A stretch of 64,000 nucleotides of DNA from Eledone cirrhosa (Eukaryota). The position numbers and the translations under genes are program-made. Positions 58,576 to 64,000 of the stretch are shown here, piece by piece. The stretch's first letter is position 1. Every line of letters begins with the position of its first letter. The stretch is from assembly GCA_964016885.1 (NCBI GenBank), contig OZ024740.1, positions 430,528,001 through 430,592,000 of the forward strand, in the 5' to 3' direction. Under the pieces are notes generated by a model that had not been told where the DNA came from, ran no database searches, and was given only the letters and a program-made list of their open reading frames with translations.

Positions 58576-61500
58576 GTACATATAATATATTACAGACAGT
58601 ACATATAATATATTACAGCCAGTATATAATATATTACAGCCATATATATAATATATTACAGCCAGTATATATAATATATTACAGCCAGTATATAATATAT
58701 TACAGCCAGTATATATAATATATTACAGCCAGTATATAATATATTACGGCCAGTATATATAATATATTACAGCCAGTCAATATATTACAGCCAGTATATA
58801 ATATATTACAGCCAGTATATAATATATTACAGCCAGTATATATAATATATTACAGAGAGTACATATAATATATTACAGCCAGTACATATAATATATTACA
58901 GCCAGTATATAATATATTACAGCTAGTATATATAATATATTACAGCCAGTATATATAATATATTACAGCCAGTATATATAATATATTACAGCCAGTATAT
59001 ATAATATATTACAGCCAGTATATAATATATTACAGCCAGTATATATAATATATTACAGCCAGTATATATAATATATTACAGCCAGTATATAATATATTAC
59101 AGCCAGTATATATAATATATTACAGCCAGTATATAATATATTACAACCAGTATATATAGTATATTACAGCCAGTATATATAATATATTGCAGACAGTACA
59201 TATAATATATTACAGCCAGTATATATAATATATTACAGCCAGTATATATAATATATTACAGCCAGTATATAATATATTACAGCCAGTATATATAATATAT
59301 TACAGCCAGTATATATAATATATTATAGCTAGTATATAATATATTACAGCCAGTATATATAATATATTACAGCCAGTATATATAATATATTACAGACAGT
59401 ACATATAATATATTACAGCCAGTATATAATATATTACAGCCAGTATATAATATATTACAGCCAGTATATAATATATTACAGCCAGTATATATAATATATT
59501 ACAGCCAATATATATAATATATTACAGCCAGTAGATATAATATATTACAGCCAGTACATATAATATATTACAGCCAGTATATAATATATTAAAGCCAGTA
59601 TATATAATATATTAAAGCCAGTATATAATATATTACAGCCAGTATATATAATATATTACAGCCAATATATATAATATATTACAGCCAGTAGATATAATAT
59701 ATTACAGCCAGTATATATAATATATTACAGCCAGTATATAATAAATTACAGCCAGTATATATAATATATTACAGCCAGTATATATAATATATTACAGCCA
59801 GTATATAATATATTACAGCCAGTATATATAATATATTACAGCCAGTATATATAATATATTACAGCCAGTATATATAATATATTACAGCCAGTATATAATA
59901 TATTACAGCCAGTTTATATAATATATTACAGTCAGTCTATAATATATTACAGCCAGTCAATATATTACAGCCAGTATATATAATATAATACGGCCAGTAT
60001 ATATAATATATTACAGCCGGTATATAATATATTACAGCCAGTATATATAATATATTACAGCCAGTATATAATATATTACAGCCAGTATATAATATATTAC
60101 AGCTAGTATATATAATATATTACAGCCAGTACATATAATATATTACAGCCAGTATATATAATATATTACAGCCAGTATATATAATATATTACAGCCAGTA
60201 TATATAATATATTACAGCCAGTACATATAATATATTACAGCCAGTATATATAATATATTACAGACAGTACATATAATATATTACAGCCAGTACATATAAT
60301 ATATTACAGCCAGTATATATAATATATTACAGCCTGTATATATAATATATTACAGCCAGTATATATAATATATTACAGACAGTACATATAATATATTACA
60401 GCCAGTGTATATAATATATTACAGCCAGTATATATAATATATTACAGACAGTACATATAATATATTACAGCCAGTACATATAATATATTACAGACAGTAT
60501 ATATAATATATTACAGCCAGTACATATAATATATTACAGCCAGTACATATAATATATTACAGCCAGTACATATAATATATTACAGCCAGTATATATAATA
60601 TATTACAGCCAGTATATATAATATATTACAGCCAGTATATATAATATATTACAGCCAGTATATAATATATTACAGCCAGTACATATAATATATTACAGCC
60701 AGTATATATAATATATTACAGCCAGTATATAATATATTACTGCCAGTATATATAATATATTACAGCCAGTATATATAATAAATTACAGCCAGTACATATA
60801 ATATATTACAACCAGTATATATAATATATTACAGCCAGTATATAATATATTACAGCCAGTATATATAATATATTACAGCCAGTATATATAATATATTATA
60901 GCCAGTATATAATATATTACAGCCAGTATATATAACATATTATAGCCAGTATATATTATATTACAGCCAGAATATAATATATTACAGCCAGTATATATAA
61001 TATATTAAAGCCAGTATATATAATATATTACAGACAGTATATAATATATTACAGCCAGTATATAATATATTAAAGCCAGTATATAATATATTAAAGCCAG
61101 TATATATAATATATTACAGCCAGTATATATAATATATTATAGCCAGTACATATAATATATTACAGCCAGTATATAATATATTACAGCCAATATATAATAT
61201 ATTACAGCCAGTATATAATATATTACAGCCAGTATATATAATATATTACTGCCAGTATATATAATATATTACAGCCAGTATATATAATATATTACAGCCA
61301 GTATATAATATATTACAGCCAGTATATAATATATTACATCCACTATATAATATATTACAGCCAGTATATAATATATTACAGCCAGTATATATAATATATT
61401 ACAGCCAGTATATATAATATATTAAAGCCAGTATATATAATATATTACAGCCAGTATATATAATATATTACAGACAGTATATAATATATTACAGCCAGTC

Positions 61501-61769
61501 TATATAATTTATTACAGTCAGTATATATAATATATTACAGCCAGTATATAATATATTACAGCCAGTATATAATATATTACAGCCAGTATATAATATATTA
61601 CAGCCAGTATCTAATATATTACAGCTAGTATATATAATATATTACAGCCAGTATATAATATATTACAGCCAGTATATAATATATTACAGCCAGTATATAT
61701 AATATATTACGGCCAGTATATATAATATATTACAGCCAGTATATATAATATGTTACAGCCAGTATATAA
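58576..61769 (+). repeat. 23/21-bp tandem satellite, block 4
   Basis: Same monomer, somewhat more heterogeneous variants. Confidence 0.98.
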
Positions 61770-64000
61770 ATAATAATAATATAATAATGAAATTATTGTG
61801 TACAGTGCTCAGGTGCACTACAACTCATCAACGGTGCATGTATAGTACATAGAATAATGTACAAATGTCAGGAAAATAAACAGTGTATGAGTCATGATAT
61901 AATAACAATAACGAAATTTTGTGCACAGTGCCCAGGTGCACCACAACTCATCAAAAAAGTGCATGTACAGTACATAGGGCAATGCACAAACATCAGTAAA
62001 ATGAACAGTGCACGAGTCATGATACACACATGTGTGCATGTGTATGGAAGGTGTACATCAGGTGTAGTTTTGGCGTATTTTGGGAAGCATGAGTGTCTTA
62101 AAGGATGCAGTGTCTCGGCAGCTAACAATTGACGCAGGCAGTTTGTTCCATGCTTCAGCAACTCTGAGCGTGAAAAAATGTCTGCGAAGGTCATGGGAGC
62201 TGTGCTGTTTTCTTATCTTGTAGGCATGTCCACGTGTGTTAGACACATGGAGATCAAAGAGGCGCTCAGGGTTGCAGTTGGCGAGATGGTTAAAAACTTT
62301 GTGGGTATTCACCAAGTCCATTGCCAGACGTCGGAGATTCAATGAATCCATGCCCAGGGAAGCAAGGCGTTCAGAGTATGGTAGGTGTCTGATGGAGGGT
62401 ATGCGCTTGGTTGCACGTCTCTGAACAGTTTCCAGGAGGTCAATGTTCCGAGCAAGATAGGGGTTCCAGACTGATGATGCGAATTCCAAGTGTGGTCGCA
62501 CCATAGCTGTATACAGTTTTAAATAGATGGCTGGAGAGCGGCTAACAAAGGTCTTGCTGAGTGATGCCAAGACACCCTCGGCCTTCTTGACAATCTTAGA
62601 GACATGCTTTGTCCAACGCAAATCGTTGCTGACAGTAATGCCTAGGTCACGTTCACAAGAGGACTTTTTGATGTCAGTGTTGTGGAGGGAGTATGTGGAC
62701 GCTGGATTTTTCCTTCCAAAATGCATGGTGGTACACTTGTCCACAGCCAGCTTCAGTTGCCAGTCTGTGATCCATTGCTGCATTGTGTCCAGGTCTGATT
62801 GTAGGAAAGAGTTGTAAATTTCAGGATCAGTCCTTTTGATTTCAAGGTACAGCTTGATGTCATCTGCATATTTTAGTACCGTGGCATTCTGTAAGTTGGC
62901 ATCTATGTCATTAATATATGCCACAAACAAAAGAGGACCAAGAACAGATCCCTGTGGTACACCAGATGACATCTCATATGGTGAAGAATGCTGTCCTAGA
63001 ACCGTGACTACTTCCTTTCGGCTGAGAATGAAGGATTTCAGCCAGTCGAAAAGATCATCCCTCACACCCATTGCAGAGAGTTTTGCCATAAGTCTTTTGT
63101 GTGGCACAGAATTAAAAGCCTTAGCAAAGTCAAGGTAAACAACATCCACCCATGAGCTGCTGTCAGTGATCCGGGTGATGTCCTCAAGGAACTCGATAAG
63201 CTGATCACAGCAGCTGGAGTTAGGGATAAATCCAAACTGTGAGGGCCGGATGAGGCTGTGAGAGCTCCAGAAGTTCCAAAGTGTTCCTCTGACACAGAAT
63301 TCCATCAGTTTGGCCATACAGCTAGTAAGACTGACTGGACGATAGTTGACAGGTGACATGCGGTTGCCCTTTTTGAACAGGGGAATGACACTGGCAGTTT
63401 TCCACTGCTCCGGAGTAGCACCATTGCTGAGACAGTATTGAAAGAAAAAAGAAAGCTGGCGCAAAAGGAAATCCCCTCCACGTTTGAGAAGCAGGTATGT
63501 CACACCATCAAGACCAGGGGAGGCATAGTTGCGCTTATTCTTAAGGTGACGTCGCAACATTGCAGGTGTAAATTCCATAGTTGTTATGGAATTTGATGTT
63601 AGAGATGGTGGAGATGGTACATTCTGGTTTTCAACAGTAAAAATACTTGCATAGCACTCAGCAATGAGTTCTGCGCATTCCTTGGGATCGTCAGTGATCT
63701 GGCTTGTGTGGGGATTGCGAAGAGGACCAACTGGAGAGTGAGGTCTCTGCTTTGAATGAACATATTTCCAGAACACCTTACTGTCAGGATTGGTTGCGAT
63801 GCACTGTTCAAATTCAAGCACTGCCTTCTTTGTCACTTGCTTGAGATGGTTAGAAGATTTATTCCGCTTTTTTCTGTTGGCATCTGATCTATGCAGTTTA
63901 TATTCCCGTTCAGCGTTCCGACGTTCTTTCCTGGCAAGTCGGACCGCTGAAGTTTCCCAGATTGCACTTTTGGGGTGGTTATTTTTCCGCTTCCGTGGCA
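61770..64000 (-). mobile_element. CR1-clade LINE copy 2 (3' portion; continues beyond window)
   Basis: Near-identical to 2374-4579; longer (TTA)n tail at 61770-61788. Confidence 0.96.
62058..63998 (-). CDS. CR1 ORF2 reverse transcriptase, partial (5' end outside window)
   Basis: Same protein as 2637-5402 with about 9 substitutions in the 592-aa track translation; YLDFAKAF, QGSVLGP, YADD intact. Confidence 0.95.
   Translation of the reverse strand, partial: PRKRKNNHPKSAIWETSAVRLARKERRNAEREYKLHRSDANRKKRNKSSNHLKQVTKKAVLEFEQCIATNPDSKVFWKYVHSKQRPHSPVGPLRNPHTSQITDDPKECAELIAECYASIFTVENQNVPSPPSLTSNSITTMEFTPAMLRRHLKNKRNYASPGLDGVTYLLLKRGGDFLLRQLSFFFQYCLSNGATPEQWKTASVIPLFKKGNRMSPVNYRPVSLTSCMAKLMEFCVRGTLWNFWSSHSLIRPSQFGFIPNSSCCDQLIEFLEDITRITDSSSWVDVVYLDFAKAFNSVPHKRLMAKLSAMGVRDDLFDWLKSFILSRKEVVTVLGQHSSPYEMSSGVPQGSVLGPLLFVAYINDIDANLQNATVLKYADDIKLYLEIKRTDPEIYNSFLQSDLDTMQQWITDWQLKLAVDKCTTMHFGRKNPASTYSLHNTDIKKSSCERDLGITVSNDLRWTKHVSKIVKKAEGVLASLSKTFVSRSPAIYLKLYTAMVRPHLEFASSVWNPYLARNIDLLETVQRRATKRIPSIRHLPYSERLASLGMDSLNLRRLAMDLVNTHKVFNHLANCNPERLFDLHVSNTRGHAYKIRKQHSSHDLRRHFFTLRVAEAWNKLPASIVSCRDTASFKTLMLPKIRQNYT

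Noticed and set aside
55303-58581. Minus-strand ORFs across the RTE (up to 202 aa)
   Set aside because: Antisense shadows of the long RTE ORF with no domain signatures.
58524-58718. 64-aa ORF with poly-Met and IYYSQY repeats
   Set aside because: Read-through of the (ATG)8 tail into satellite monomers.
453-61769. CRISPR-like array or information-bearing 21/23-bp code
   Set aside because: No unique spacers or cas genes; monomers are contiguous and variant order is explained by segmental duplication and TA slippage; eukaryotic context.
2374-64000. The two large CR1 copies as LTR-like ends of a 60-kb composite element or segmental duplication
   Set aside because: Copy 1 has its own TSD, and the copies differ in tail, indels and flanking monomer variants, indicating separate insertions.

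Overview
Eukaryotic (animal, AT-rich; the RTE 5'/3' motifs and microsatellite-rich DNA suggest a cephalopod-like genome, inference only) window dominated by a ~52 kb tandem satellite with a 23/21-bp monomer (TATTACAGCCAGTATA[TA]TAATA, containing the 10-bp palindrome TAATATATTA) that carries nested kb-scale higher-order duplications. The array is interrupted by four non-LTR retrotransposon insertions: an apparently full-length two-ORF CR1-clade LINE (2374-7076, minus, 9-bp TSD), a rearranged 3'-UTR fragment of the same family joined to an inverted satellite block (8601-9029), an RTE-clade LINE with a PHD-like insertion, an N-terminal frameshift and a ~460-bp extra 5' segment (54846-58575, plus), and a second near-identical CR1 copy cut by the window end (61770-64000, minus). 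Main points of interest: (i) CR1 ORF2 has no usable AUG, and ORF1 ends in a canonical G_GGA_AAC -1 slippery site in the correct frame, followed by a perfect 15-bp stem, suggesting gag-pol-like frameshift expression in a LINE; (ii) all three CR1 copies sit in the same orientation at about the same phase of the satellite monomer, suggesting a satellite-targeting family; (iii) junction sequences have been copied into new satellite monomers. No host protein-coding gene, rRNA or CRISPR array is supported.
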